Assembly (NCBI GenBank): GCA_011109175.1
Contig: RDEW01000018.1
Location: forward strand, 1,103,222 to 1,167,221
Source: Dicyema japonicum
Lineage: Eukaryota; Animalia; Dicyemida
Direction of reading: 5' to 3'
DNA: 64,000 nt
Shown here: piece after piece, positions 23,769-37,500 of the stretch
Position numbering within the stretch: position 1 is the first letter of the stretch
Layout: every line of letters begins with the position of its first letter
Notes under the pieces: model-generated
What the model was told of the DNA's origin: nothing
What the model saw: the letters and a program-made list of their open reading frames with translations, nothing else
Database searches by the model: none
Position numbers and translations under genes: made by a program

Positions 23769-24299
23769 TTTATTAGTTATTCTTAACAAATTTTTAATTT
23801 AATCTAAAATAAAATTAAAATATTTAAAATCTAATTTGTCAAAAATTTTATTATAAAAATTAGAGACCACTATAGCTTGAATGTATTCCTGACTGGTCTT
23901 CAAAGAACATTCTGGAATATGTCCCCTTTACCAAAAACCCAACCTGGGTCGAAAGAATTCACTTTCTTTGTCCACCTGTACCCAAGAGGTACTAATATGA
24001 ATTGTGGTTACTTTTTATGACCACAGTCATTGAGTATTTATATGAATTGTGGTTATTTTATGACCAGAGGCACGTGGAATGAAACAGTATACTTATTCAG
24101 ATGGCTGGGGACTGAGGATCATAAAGGGAAAATGAAGTCTTGGGACTGATTGCGGCATAATTCGTTTTCATTGATGCTTCGGATTGAAACATTGGCAGAA
24201 GGACGAAGAGCTTATCAGTAGGGCGAACATTTTTTTAATTTTAAAAATCAATATTAATATTATTAATAAGCTCTGTTAACTTCCGCACGTGGAACTCCG

Positions 24300-24465
24300 C
24301 CTAAGTTTAATCCCATCCCTAACCACGTCTAATCTCAACCCTAATCACAAAGTCTAATCCCATCCCTAACTATGCCTAAGTTTAATCTCATCCCTAATCA
24401 ATACTTAATATCAACCCTAATCAATACCTAATCTCAATCCTAATCATTCCTTAATCTAATCTCCA
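24300..24465 (+). repeat. Interstitial degenerate telomere-like (CCCTAA-derived) repeat
   Basis: Five exact CCCTAA among CTAATC/TCAACC/CCATCC hexamers, in a ~22-24 nt higher-order unit. Confidence 0.7.
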
Positions 24466-25309
24466 CATTAAGCCAAAAAGATCAAAATTTTTTAGTCATT
24501 CAAAACAATCGTTTTATTCTGCTTCGGTGGACTATCACGGTTTGTGGGTTACCCACAATCTATGTGCATTACTTGATAAATTTTAGTGTCCAAGTGCTCA
24601 TGTACACAGCCTTTTCTCGTAGATGGATTGAAATCACGATTTCTGGAAAACGACCTATCAAGAAATCCATTTTCTGAATACTCGAGAATCTGCACAACTC
24701 ATCCTTGTTCAACCATAACTTTAAACTACGTGGAGAAATAAAATAATTTTTTTTAATTTTAAATATTAATAAAGTTTTTTGGTTAAAAATAGTTTTAAAA
24801 CATTTGACTAAAATATAGAACAAACCACTGACCCTATGCATTTTTGAGACATTTGTAATTAATTCCTTCCTTTAATTTTTGTTTAACCTTTAATATTTTA
24901 AAACAAATTTATTTAAACAAAAAAATTAAGTGTCTTTTTTAATCTTAAAATATATATTCCCTTTAGTCTCTTAGGAGACTTTATAGTTGATCGCGTCCGA
25001 AATGGATATTGATGTTAACACAACTATCATCAAAAAAACTAAAGATACTACCTCGATTATTTTCGTTTTCAGTTCTCTCTTTTCAATAGTAAAAAAACGT
25101 AGTTTAACATTATCTGAGATGAAATAACAAATTTCATTCTCAAATGTTAACATTTTTGCTAGAAATCTGATTTTCCATCTTTGTTTAGCCTAGCATCGCT
25201 CGGAAATATATCTTGCGACTGAAATCTTTTAATTTCGTAAAGCTCTTGTGTGGTCAGTTTATAGATACCCATTATAATAATAGCACCAGAGACCACAGTT
25301 TCACAAACT

Positions 25310-25575
25310 AACTAATCACGTGATCCCAACACGCACTAGCAGGGACCTCATCTCGGCCCGATGCTCCTTCCACGACCACACACAAGCACATATCGGTCGA
25401 GTGACTGGACCATCGCAGTCACGACGGCGCGTTCCTGGTTCATTATTATCAAGGCTTCAAGAGACATTGGTGGCTGGAGTTCTCCTGAGATCCAGCGTTC
25501 CGTGATTTTGGAGGCTCTTCTCCGGCTAGCCTCGATCTTCAAGACATTCGTCCAAGAGATGATTTAACTCGTGTG
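25310..25575 (-). mobile_element. LINE family A 3'-end fragment
   Basis: ORF 25348-25542 homologous to 41380-41560; ends gggatcacgtgattagttag. Confidence 0.7.
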
Positions 25576-25689
25576 ATTAATTAATTTTTTTAAATACTAT
25601 TTTTTAGTTTTTAATAACAATTATAATTAATTTCATTTATTTATTTTTGTGTAATTATTTTTTGAAAATGAGCGAGACATTCCTTCAAC

Positions 25690-26030
25690 GGCGGATACTC
25701 TCAACATATTATTATTATTAACACTTTCACGAGAGCCATAATATTTATAGCACCGCATGTGCAGCAAAAAATATAAGAGAATTAGTTAGGTTGCTCCAAG
25801 CTCTTCTGTTCTTTGCTAGGTCCTCAGTGAGTCCAGATCGTCACCAGATGCCAATTTTTCTTCACGACTATCAGATCGTTTTGTAGATTTACCGGGAGTA
25901 GTTCTAGGTCTTCCACGAAAGCGTTTTACATTGGACGAGTAGTAATTTTCCATTACGATGTTCGGAGGGGATATCGGGTCCAACCTCAGACGTGTCCAAA
26001 AAGTCTCCAACGAGAGCTAATGATCTCGTG
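25690..26030 (-). mobile_element. RTE-like LINE 3' end
   Basis: KRFRGRPRTT...DDLDSLRT, a typical RTE-type tail. Confidence 0.7.
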
Positions 26031-26279
26031 GCTTAATGGTATACAGTCACAATTATTGTACAGTCTATTCCGCGAGATCTTGGATGGCTAGGACATTCCA
26101 GTTCTCAACATATGGTGACATTAAATATAACAAAAAATCAACAAACTGCTGCTCTATTCATTTGAGTGATTTTTTGCCATAAAAATTACATAATTCAACT
26201 CAGAAAACTCTGAATTATCCACGTACTAATTCTTATTTCGATTGTTTCCAGTGTAGTTCCACGTAAGGACGGTGACAAG

Positions 26280-26640
26280 TACTCCTGGAAAATTTTAAAT
26301 TAATTATTTTCCCTGTGGCACGTTCAGTATCCTTCTACACATGCTCTTCCAAGCTCCTCTATTGCTTGTTAATCCAAGTCCATAGTGATGACAAGTTATT
26401 GGGAGTGTAATCAGGCAGTAATTTCCAATGTTCCATCGTCTGCTATTTTCGTCTTTTGTAGGCAACATATGGATAGCCTACATTGTTCCAGGTCTCGTGC
26501 AAACTGAAGTTCTTTATCACAGGATTGAGTACTCTGGCATTTAGGGTTCCAAGAGAGAACTGACTGGTAGATATCAAACGTGAAAAGACATTTGTGCAAG
26601 AGAGGCACGTCACCATTTCCACAAAAAATTGTCACGTGGT
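26280..26640 (-). mobile_element. RTE-like APE endonuclease N-terminal relic
   Basis: ARDLEQCRLSICCLQKTK resembles the LxxxxxDIxCLQETK motif. Confidence 0.6.
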
Positions 26641-28466
26641 TAAAAAAAGTTCTTAAAAGTGAACAATAATATAAGTAAAATTATAATTCTAAGTAATACT
26701 GAGGTAAAGTCTGGTTACAATCGATTACTTCTAGGAAAACTTTTGGGTGAAAATCCTCGATCGAGGATAACTCAAGTACTTTGAAGTTTTTAATGTGCTA
26801 GATATTGTTTTTTAAAAATGATAATGTTTTTAAAAAGCTTTTAAGTTTTCTCTAGTCAGTCGCATCTTCCAAATCTCGAGTAATTTACTTACAGAGTCGC
26901 TATTCATTTTCTATTGAAGTAATCTGTCTCCTCAATTTAAAACCGTAACTCTAGCTACAGACCTGCCCCCTATTTTAAAAAGATATTAAATATTTACTTA
27001 TAAATTTAGACGCATAATAAAATACTGATTATTTTTATGTATTTATTTTAATAAATCAGCTTTTTAGGCGGAATGTTTTTCGAGGGTCAAAAGGGTCCTA
27101 CGAAAGGTGTACCTGCGGTGAATAATTAAATAAAATTATTTTCTTGTAAGATAACTCCGAGCATAAACAAAATTATTAAAAAAAAACTTCAGAAAATTAT
27201 AAGTACACCTCCTCTCGAATCCGGATAAATGGCACAACACGAAAAACCCTGAGAAAAATATCGAATCGCCACGTTTTTTCTAAAAATTACGATTTCTGTT
27301 GAACATGTAAAAGTTAATTTTTTTAGATTTTATTGTTAAATTTTTGAGAACATGCAGAAACAAAGGTAATCAGGTTCCAAGCGCCAATAGTTAATAGACA
27401 TTTCTGCAAACGATGGCAATCCTTTAAAAACCATCCGTTCTTGGGGTCTCTGCGTGCGCCACAATCGCATTCGTTTTTTCAGATTTTTGTATATTATTAT
27501 CCAGAGTCTAGAACAAGCAAAAGTCTAGGTTCACTCAAATTTATTTATTCAGAAACGGAAGCCACCCTGACTGCGTGATTATTCCCTCTCAGGATTTTAG
27601 GCTAGATTCGCTCAAATATACAGGAGTGCTCGTAGAGATCTCGAATGCGTGTAGAAATCCGATTCCCTTGACGACCCAAGAGCGTAGGGGAACCTGATGT
27701 TTCTACTGTTCTTGTGGGCTTGTAAAAATCGTTCCCCCCATTTCAATATTAAAAAAGTATGCAATTTATTTATAAAATACTGTCTTAATTGTCTATTAAT
27801 ATTTGCAGGATTGAAAGTTACCCCCATGATCCAAATCCAATAACGGATTGAAAGTTACCCCCTGATCCAAATCCAATGATATGAAACAGCCATACCTCAT
27901 TCTGGGCTCGTTATTCGGCAAACTAAAACATTGCATAATCAGAAGATACATTTATTAAGTCATTTTAAGGGGTAAGAACGACGTGCAGTCAATAATTAGA
28001 CAATAGTTGATAAATGGCGTGTAGACAATATTTTGTTTATAAAAGTCAAAATTCAACAATCCAATCAATGGTGTATAATTCACAAAGTACTTCGGGAAAC
28101 ATACTTTTTGTTTCAATTTGGTTGAAAGTGTTGTTCAAGAATACTTAAACAAAAATCCAATAACTCTGTGATCTGGTTTATTTCTGAACAAAGGCAAAAG
28201 TCAAATACAGTGCATGCTAACATGAAATCCCCTCAAAGACACTGAAAGGATGATTTGGTAAATTGTCAAGTCTAAATATTAGCAAACAGGTAAACCTAAA
28301 GATTAAAGTCCGAAATTAGAATTAATTTTAGTTTGAATGAAATTTACCTTCAAATTGCCGAATTGTGGTAATCCATCATATAAATGAAAAGAACAGCCGA
28401 ATTTTAGACCTAAAATAAAGCAACACGTTTTCCTAAGTTTTACTGATTTTACGTATATCGACGTGA

Positions 28467-29277
<811 letters not shown>

Positions 29278-30109
29278 TTTAGTCAAAAACAAACTAAAAA
29301 ACAAAAATTTCCCAAAATATGATAATTGGTGATTTAAATTTTGGAATAAATCATATTTTGCTAAGTGATAACCTGATTTAGTTTTATGCCTTGTGTATTT
29401 ACCCCCGGTCCCTCAACTGGCTAACAAAAGAGTAAAAGCCAAGACGGACGCTCTCACTGATCGATAAGGTGATCTAGTGGGGGAGGTTAAAGGCGGGTCA
29501 GGAAATGAGAAGAGGTAACCCTGGTCTTTAAGAAAGAAGGAAGGGCGATTAAACTGAGATTTAGTTTTTTAAGCCCTCGTTGTTACCTTAAAGGAAGTTA
29601 TGGGAACGATTATTTTAAAGGTCCCTAACTTTTTTTTGATTCCCAAATCTCATTTTAACATTAATATAAAAAATATTGACCTCTTCTAACTGGGGACCTG
29701 TCTTGAGGTAGGGGGAATTCCCTCTCAATCACGAGATCTGCTTACTTAATACACTTTAATGATCAAGTTTTGGAATATTTTATATCTGAAAGCCACTTAT
29801 TTTTGAATTTGTTTGAAATTATTGATTTTATATTAATCAACATTGTTAACTATTTTTTAACCTGGGGGAAATTTATTATGGTAAAATTGGGGACTGTTCG
29901 TCTTCAAGTTCGTCGTAGCGGAAGCCTCGGGATTCTTGGATGCAACCTTCATACGCCCCAGTGGATTATTTAGCATTAGAGGATTACTGACTGAGCACAT
30001 TTCAATGAAAATCGTAAATAGAACTGTTGCCAGGAAATAATACTTTGTTCATTTCTTTAATAAAAAAATAAAATTGTTCAAAGAGAAAGGGTAAAGCCAA
30101 AGTGACTGA

Positions 30110-30230
30110 TTCCTTTATCCTGACGCATTCCAGATGAACCTTTAAGACGATGATTCAAAGGACCTTGCTCGGGGAGCTAAGGTCGATTCCAGAACTCGTC
30201 GCCTGGAACAAAATTGTCTCCAGATGGAAT
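30110..30230 (-). mobile_element. Short LINE 3' relic related to 23300-23430
   Basis: Shares atcctgacgc.ttccag...ttccagaactcgtcg. Confidence 0.5.
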
Positions 30231-31399
30231 GAATATTTGAATAAAATGGTTAATTTTTACAATTTTCAAAATTAAATTATAACCCCTGTTTTTCTAAACT
30301 GAACAACCTTTAGTAATCACGTCATCAAGACAGTCGCTCCCAGAGATCCTTCCACCCTCATGTTGAGATAAATGCCACTAATTGCGTAATCTCTAAATAA
30401 ATTCTCGAATCAACCAGAATTTTCTAAAAATTTATTTTTATTAAATATGTCAAAGTTAGATATTTACGAATTTGTGATAAATCAGAATATCTATAATTAT
30501 AAAATTATCATGAAAATCCGATCAAAATGAGATATAAACCGACCATTATGAGATACAAGATTTTTATAAGCGATTGATCACTAAAACGTGAAAGTTTTTA
30601 ATATTTTGAATATTATGGGATTTATTATGTCTAAGACACGAAGTATCTAACTGGAGTTTGAAGACACGGAACGGCTAAAATGGATCTTTGCTGCGTCATA
30701 TTTTTGTTTTAATCATCTGTTTGTGGTGTTTCAAGGTAATTCCGATATCATTCTCATAATTAATATCAAAGGCCCTAAAATTTTTGATTTATTCATTTTG
30801 CAAAAAAAACGTGTTGAATTTAAAAAAAACAAAAATGGTGATTAGAAGGCCCCAGCCCTGAGCATGGCTATTCCCTCTGAACTGGAAATCCGCTCGAATA
30901 TTCGACAGATTTTTGAGTGAATCCTTAACTCATACAGTCATCAAACTACGAGTATATTTTGCAAATTTATTTTTTGTTTGAAATCTGCGGAAGATCATAA
31001 ACATTGGCACCGAAAATCAATTTGGTCCGTCCAGTTGTTTGGGAGATTCAGGTTACTCTCAAAATCATTTAGATAATTTAACCCCCTTCCCCTCAACGCG
31101 TATGTTAACCAAATTAATCGAGATTTTGAGGGTCAACGACTTTCAGTTATGTTGTTTTCACTCTTGAAAAACTGTTTGACCACGTGACATTTAGTTTTCG
31201 TGAAACACTTTTATTTTGACTTAAAAGGTTAGTAGGATTGGAATGAGTAATTCAACTATTAATTTGTCAGATTAAAAAATTAGGTTTTGATTTTAACCAC
31301 GTGGATACTGTCTCCATGTCTGGGAACGTGTACTAAAGTCTAGAAAAGATTGAAGTTGGAAGTTTTTTTAATTATCATTGAAAGTCACATGCTGTCACA

Positions 31400-31790
31400 G
31401 GCGTTATGCTCATCGAAAAACTCTGAGTCTTATTATCTGGTCTCGGACCCTATGTCTGGCTGGACAAGTATGCCAATCATAGAAAACCAACATATGCGCA
31501 AGTGCGTACCCCACAAAAAAAAGTTTTAACCTAGGAAGGACTTGTGAGTATATTATATGAGACATGGATGAATGTTTTGAGAATGGATAACTATCAAAGG
31601 GAGAACGTCTGCTTGTGTTGACTAAGTCCATCCTCAGATAGTCTATTACGTGACACAAGGACTCGACCCTCACGGGTGGGATCTGTTTGAATTGAACTTC
31701 ACTGAAAGCTCCATCTTTCGGATTCGAACCCATGACTGTCAGATCCGACGTCATCAGACATACGTTCAGTCTGAAAGACTGGATCACATA
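31400..31790 (-). mobile_element. Possible tRNA-derived SINE
   Basis: Perfect B-box GGTTCGAATCC (31720-31730 on minus) and a degenerate A-box-like gtgatccagtc ~47 nt upstream; I could not fold a cloverleaf. Confidence 0.35.
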
Positions 31791-32159
31791 TTTATTTATT
31801 TAATAATAAAGTGGCAGTCGAGACGTCTGGTGCCGCGGGAATTATCACAGCCTCTTTCCTGAAGGAAATCGGGGGAAATTGGTGCATCATAAGAAAGACG
31901 TGCGGGAAACAGTCTGGCTGAGGCAACGAATTGGGATTGCAGGTGTCCGCAGAAAAAAAAAATTATTAAATTAATTACATAAAAAATAATAAGAAGGCCT
32001 ATCATATCAAATATAACAATTAACTTAATTGATTTTTCATTTTACATTTAATTTATTTAATTTAATTAACTTTATTAATTTTTCATTTTATTATTTTTAT
32101 TTTTTAACAAAGAAACAAAATGTCAGTTGAGTAAGCCGTCTGCGTGCTTCATTAATTTT

Positions 32160-32460
32160 TCACTTTATGTTATGTTATCCAATTAAGTCATGTCCGACCC
32201 TTGGAGATCTCACGAACAAGTTTCTTCCACTCTCCCCGATCCGTCGAAATTTGGAGCAGCCTTAATATAGGCATTCCCGTGACGTCTTCCACCGTGGATA
32301 GCCACCGAGTCCTCGGGTCGACCAGGTCTTCTCTCCCAGTAATATTACTCAGCATAGTGTTTCTCTCCAGGGAATCAGAGCGGATAACATGCCCAAAGAA
32401 CGCCAATCTGTGTTTTACGATTCTTCCTTCTAGGGAATTGTCCGTCTCCACACGTTTGAG
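32160..32460 (-). mobile_element. RTE-clade LINE 3' fragment flanked by duplicated AT-rich sequence
   Basis: RLAFFGHVIRS..LERNTML...RTRWL..DRGEWK; catttaatttaattaactttattaattttt occurs on both sides (~32055 and ~32475). Confidence 0.75.
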
Positions 32461-32739
32461 TACATAGTTTCATTTACATTTAATTTAATTAACTTTATTA
32501 ATTTTTAATTTTACATTTAATTTATTTGATTTTAAATCTAATAAGTTTATTCGTTCGTGTAATTGTTACCAGTTGGAACAAAACAATCAATATAATCTAG
32601 CTGAAAGAATTCAGTGGTTGTTAACAAAATAAACACATGGAATTAGAAGGAAGATTCTGGAACTTTGAGCCCTCCTTTCCGAGAATCGGGCTGACCTCAC
32701 TCTCATCAAGTAATCCAAAATTTCATCCTCCACGCCAAC

Positions 32740-33385
32740 ACCTTCCTTCTTCGGATATATAGTGAGACCATGTGGAGGCCTACTCAGTTGTGGAGAACGG
32801 TATACCCTTCATGGACGTAAGTCAACGAACCTCAGAGCTTTTGGGCTCAGACAATACTATGGAGTAGGCTACCATCAAAATCCAGCTGTTCACGTCTCAT
32901 TGGTTAATTGTCAATTTATACATTCTCCACAAGGATCCTGTACAACATCTAACACCTTCAATCTACCCTGCCTGCACATTTCCCAGTTTGTCGTGCTCCA
33001 CAGTTCTCTGACAGTCGAGGTGAGTTCATCGTAAATGGTCTTATTGATATGATTACACACAAGAACGCCATTAAGGAGCACTGATAGCTACACATATTTG
33101 AATTTAATTTTATGCTCCCCTCTTTAGCACGAGTCGCTTCGTGAAATGTGAATTATGGTTTTTCCAACGACCACAGTCCCATCTTATGTTAAGAAGATTT
33201 CGAGGACGTCGGCGTTTCCCTGCGCGAGTTCCACGTTAATATATATTATTACCCCGGATCACTGGGTCAAAGACACTGAAAGTTTGAGCCGATACCATGT
33301 ACAATGAGAAGAGCTGTACAGGATTCTCCACCCCTACGGACTCGTCCACTCCCTTGTCGGTCTGGGATCCCTTAGTTAGTTGAGA
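32740..33385 (+). mobile_element. Heavily decayed LINE 3' relic (family A-type end)
   Basis: Terminates ctgggatcccttagttagtt, like the other family A ends; coding remnants weak. Confidence 0.4.
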
Positions 33386-33468
33386 ACGTTAATAAATGAG
33401 ATTTAATTATTAATGAAATTATACAATTAATAAAAATTTAATAAAAATTTAAAGTTAATAATAATAAA

Positions 33469-33935
33469 ATGTCTTATGTGAGTCGATGATGTTGTAATTA
33501 TTTTAGTTGTCATCCGTGAAATCAGTACTACAGCGTGGAGGGTCATATCTGAAACCAATTGTAAGCAAGTCTACCTCTGTTGTTTGCAAAGTTGCACAGA
33601 GAACTCAGGCATACGCAGCTGATGTCATAAGACCCGCTCTAAACACCCGTATTGGACAATTGTTAACATCTATTGAAATAAGAAATGCACTTAACTGTGC
33701 GAAGGTAGAGCTACGTCCCCCCAATTTTACGGAAATGTCTCGATTCTCTAGGGAAATGAACCAATTTGTTCGTTATATGAGCGAGAGACATTACAGGCAG
33801 CTGACAGTATCTGAATTCTTTATAGGATTTTGTGTGTTTGTTGAAGTGATGTGTTGGTTCTTTGTTGGGGAAGTTATTGGAAGGCGATCACTCATTGGTT
33901 ATGATGTCCCCGGTTGTCGTAACTTTGGTCATTAA
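33469..33935 (+). CDS. ATP5MG: Mitochondrial ATP synthase subunit g
   Basis: AKVELRPP and VFVEVMCWFFVGEVIGRRSLIGYDV; ATG at 33469 joined through a 29-nt intron (33478-33506) to ORF 33507-33935. Confidence 0.93.
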
Positions 33936-34450
33936 TTGTTACTAATTATTAATAATTCTAATAAAGATAATTTATTAATTTTGGCTCTTAACCGAAGACA
34001 TGGGGTAAAAGTCATCTCGAGGACATTGACGAGAAGATCACTGCTATCCAGGTAAGGGAGTGTAGTGACGGAATTGTGAATCACTGGAAGGACGCAACTG
34101 TCACCAAACACTCTGGAAATCCTGATTCGTCTAAACGCTGGAAAATGTCTGCTACGCCGGTCACTTCTCTGTTTGGGCTCAAGGGAGGAAACGCCGAACC
34201 AGGTGAAGGCTTTGCTGAAACTAAGGGGTAACATAGTTATCTACTTCTGGTCTTTACTTATGGTTTCTATTTCAAAACTTAGATTTCTGATGTCTCTTGA
34301 ATCCACCAAGAAGTGGTACGAATGAATACACAAGCGTGGTAGAGCTGTCAGTTTACCAGCGCGAGTGCGGGCAAGATGACTTGTGAGACACCGGAAACCT
34401 TAAGCTCTGAACAAAACAAGTTTTGGATGACCTCGGTTCAAATAAATTCC
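33932..34450 (-). CDS. Unidentified small spliced gene, convergent with ATP5MG
   Basis: GC-richer segment between AT spacers, with GT-AG micro-intron candidates (gtagataactatgttaccccttag) and an open 100-aa last exon; no family recognised. Confidence 0.35.
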
Positions 34451-34535
34451 TAATTTTTAAGTTAAAAATTAATTTCTTATAAATATCTTAGACCACAAAA
34501 AAAATAGAAATTCATAAAGAATAGAAAGTAAAAAT

Positions 34536-37500
34536 CTATTTGAAGGATTTCAACTCGATGCTTACGGATGCTTCAACTCCGTCAACAGTGTTAAACTTGT
34601 GGATAATATTTTCGTCATCATCATCCCACTCAATCTCAGTGGACCCGATCTCAACTAACTATTACTCCCAAAACATACAATTTGGACTGAAGAACATGGG
34701 GTAGTATATCAGCAGTTGTATTGGTGGACAGGAATGAGCTGCAATTTGGAAATGAAAGGGGGAGTCGGCCCACAAAATGAGTCCATTAATCACAGTACTG
34801 AGGGAGGCCTCCATCGTGAATCCCTCGATAGTCAGATTACAGTGATGAGGACGGTCAGACCAGAGGGTAAAGTCAGAACCAAAGTCGACAGAATTCAGTT
34901 TGATTCTCAGTATCTTATTGATAGTGAGCCCCGATGAAGAGAAGCAGAGATCATTCTTGGTATTCAAATACATGGAAAGAGCAGCTTGGTATTTATCCAC
35001 CAACTCTAAACTGACAGTGATACAATCGACTACCAGTCATCAGTTTTTAAGGCTCTCAGAGACATCGACTTCGTGTGATAGTAAACCACGAGTAGGTTTC
35101 TGTCATTGATGGAGCATTTAAAGTCTGAAAGGGGAGTCAACTTTAATAAAACGGAAAATCAACAGGCATGTGGAGAATCAGAGAAGACTCACATTTGTTG
35201 TCAAACACGTCCGAATGTGTCCCCGTGAACAAGGTCATGAGGACCATGTCATTGAAAACCAAAATTAGCACGTTCTTGTTCGGTTTATACTGCAATGAGT
35301 GAGAATTGTGCCTTAAAGAGGGAGTGATGAACGAGGACTCGTTTTCCAAGGAAATTCGTGTCTGAGGTGATCTTGAATGGCTCCTTTGTACCGAATTCCC
35401 CAAATTCCAACCGTTTGTTGACCCATTTCGGTTTTTCCGCGTTGATCAAGTCGCTGAACAAATCGTCGACTTCTCTGGAAAAGGAATCGATCATAGACTT
35501 TGCCTTCATAAGATTGGGGTCCTTAACTTTTTTAGAAATCTTGGAATAACAGATCTGGTCAACCTCACTAATACTTAGGGAATATAAGCACAATCTCTGA
35601 ACTGGCTGGAGAAACATGGTTTGAAGGTGTACTTTACTCTTGCCAGTCCTTTCCTAAATGTAAGAAGGCTCAGTTACTTCTATTCTAGACAACCCATCGT
35701 CGGCACCATTCAGGAGTTTCCCCAGTATGTGGGAGTCACTTACGTACTGTTTGTATGGGGAGAGACGAGGGAACTGGAATACAGCAAAATTATACATTTT
35801 CAACAAGAATGTCCCCAATGTTGGGTGATCCCGTCAATATTCGATCCCGCAAGGATCTACAGTAAGAAAACGGTTACTTGGCCAAGGAAACATGAACTTC
35901 CATAATTTCCTCAATATTTGAGAACAACGATCTCCTCTGATCAGTACATTCAGCCAATCCTTTACTAATTTCAGTCAAAATAGCAAAATAGTCCCCAGTC
36001 TGAGTTTCCTCCGCGACAAACCGGTTAACGGCATCCATTCCTACTTAATTTGTAATAAAAAAGTAAATAATAATTTATTAATCGAAATGTTAGACTTAAT
36101 AGGTACATTCAAGACACGACTGGGGAAACCATCCAGTCTGGTGCTCGGTATTCCGTCCAAAACACATATTTCCCCTCTTCCCATGATTTCCACATATTCT
36201 CCAGCTTTCAGGCTCAAATGACTACGCAGGGACTTGAATAATCACACATACACAAACGGATTCATTAACTGACTCCACCTGTCTATGAACCCCCAATAAT
36301 ACTTGTATTTGCTGAATAAAATTCTATGGAAAAATCCCCACGCGTCCAGCAATTTCTCCCTCACACCAATCCTCGTCCACAACAGTGGTCATCAACACCA
36401 CATCCCCAATTTGCAAATCAAGGTCTCCTTCTTCTTCCCCGTCGAATTTATATTTAGCAACAACGAACACTACAATGACTCCTCCACAAACCTGAATTCC
36501 CGGGAAACGACTTATCTCCACCAAGCTCAATCACATGTGACCGGGGGAACCACTCAATCTGAATATAATAGCTAATATACAGAGTCATTGACCCTCCCAA
36601 TCCACCACGGAGAGTCTTCTACCGTTTTATCTAACAGTTCAAATCTCTGCCCTTTAACAAATGACACGTGGTTTGATTTACTCCCCTTAAAGTCCATGGT
36701 TGCTTCAACCATTCCTATCACTTTCCCCCACCAGTCTCATTAATGCCCCCTTGTATTACGCGGGAAGAATTATCCTCATTCATAATCCCCCAGTCCACGT
36801 TTCCAGAAATATCCTCATTCATAATCCCCCAGTCCACGTGTCCAGAATTATCCTCATTCACAATCCCCCAGTCCACGTGTCCAGAATTATCCTCATTCAA
36901 ATTCTGCCAGTCTATCTGGTTGATATTGTCTTCAAGATTCACATCTTGTATGTCCGAGAAATTATTCCCCCATGAGATACAATTATCAAAAAAGGGGGTA
37001 AATCTAAATCACAACTCAATTATACGGCTTATCCTTCTTCGTGACACTCTGTTCCATTACCTTGTTAACCAACATGACCCGCTCACTTATGGCTTTAATT
37101 TTCAGCACATTTGAGTTATCAGCCGTCCCAGCATTAGCCAGTTCTACCTTCAGTCTCTACCACTAACAACAGGTATAACCTCAATCTCCTGAAGGAGCCG
37201 TTCTATTTCGCCCTCAACCTTCCGTTTGAGCTCTAATATTCTCTGAGATTCCTCTGACTCAAACTTATATTCTTGTATGACACGTGATATTTCTTCCTTT
37301 TGAGAATCTATGTCAAAGGAGGTCCTTCTAGACTTTGATGGCACGGGTAGGGAAATCTGTCTATTACGAATAATACACGTGGTTTATATCACTTTGACGT
37401 GGTTGGTAACTCATGTGGGTGAATCTGCTGAGTCGTCCTTTGGGGTAATCTCGGCTGTTGGGGATGCACAGACTGACGTTGAGGATCTAATCAGTGATAA

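Noticed and set aside
24300-24465. True chromosome end
   Set aside because: Short, degenerate and flanked by ordinary sequence on both sides.
31700-31790. tRNA gene
   Set aside because: B-box present, but I could not form an acceptor stem or anticodon arm.
36764-36910. CRISPR-like array
   Set aside because: The 39-bp units are head-to-tail with no spacers and are in frame within intersectin.
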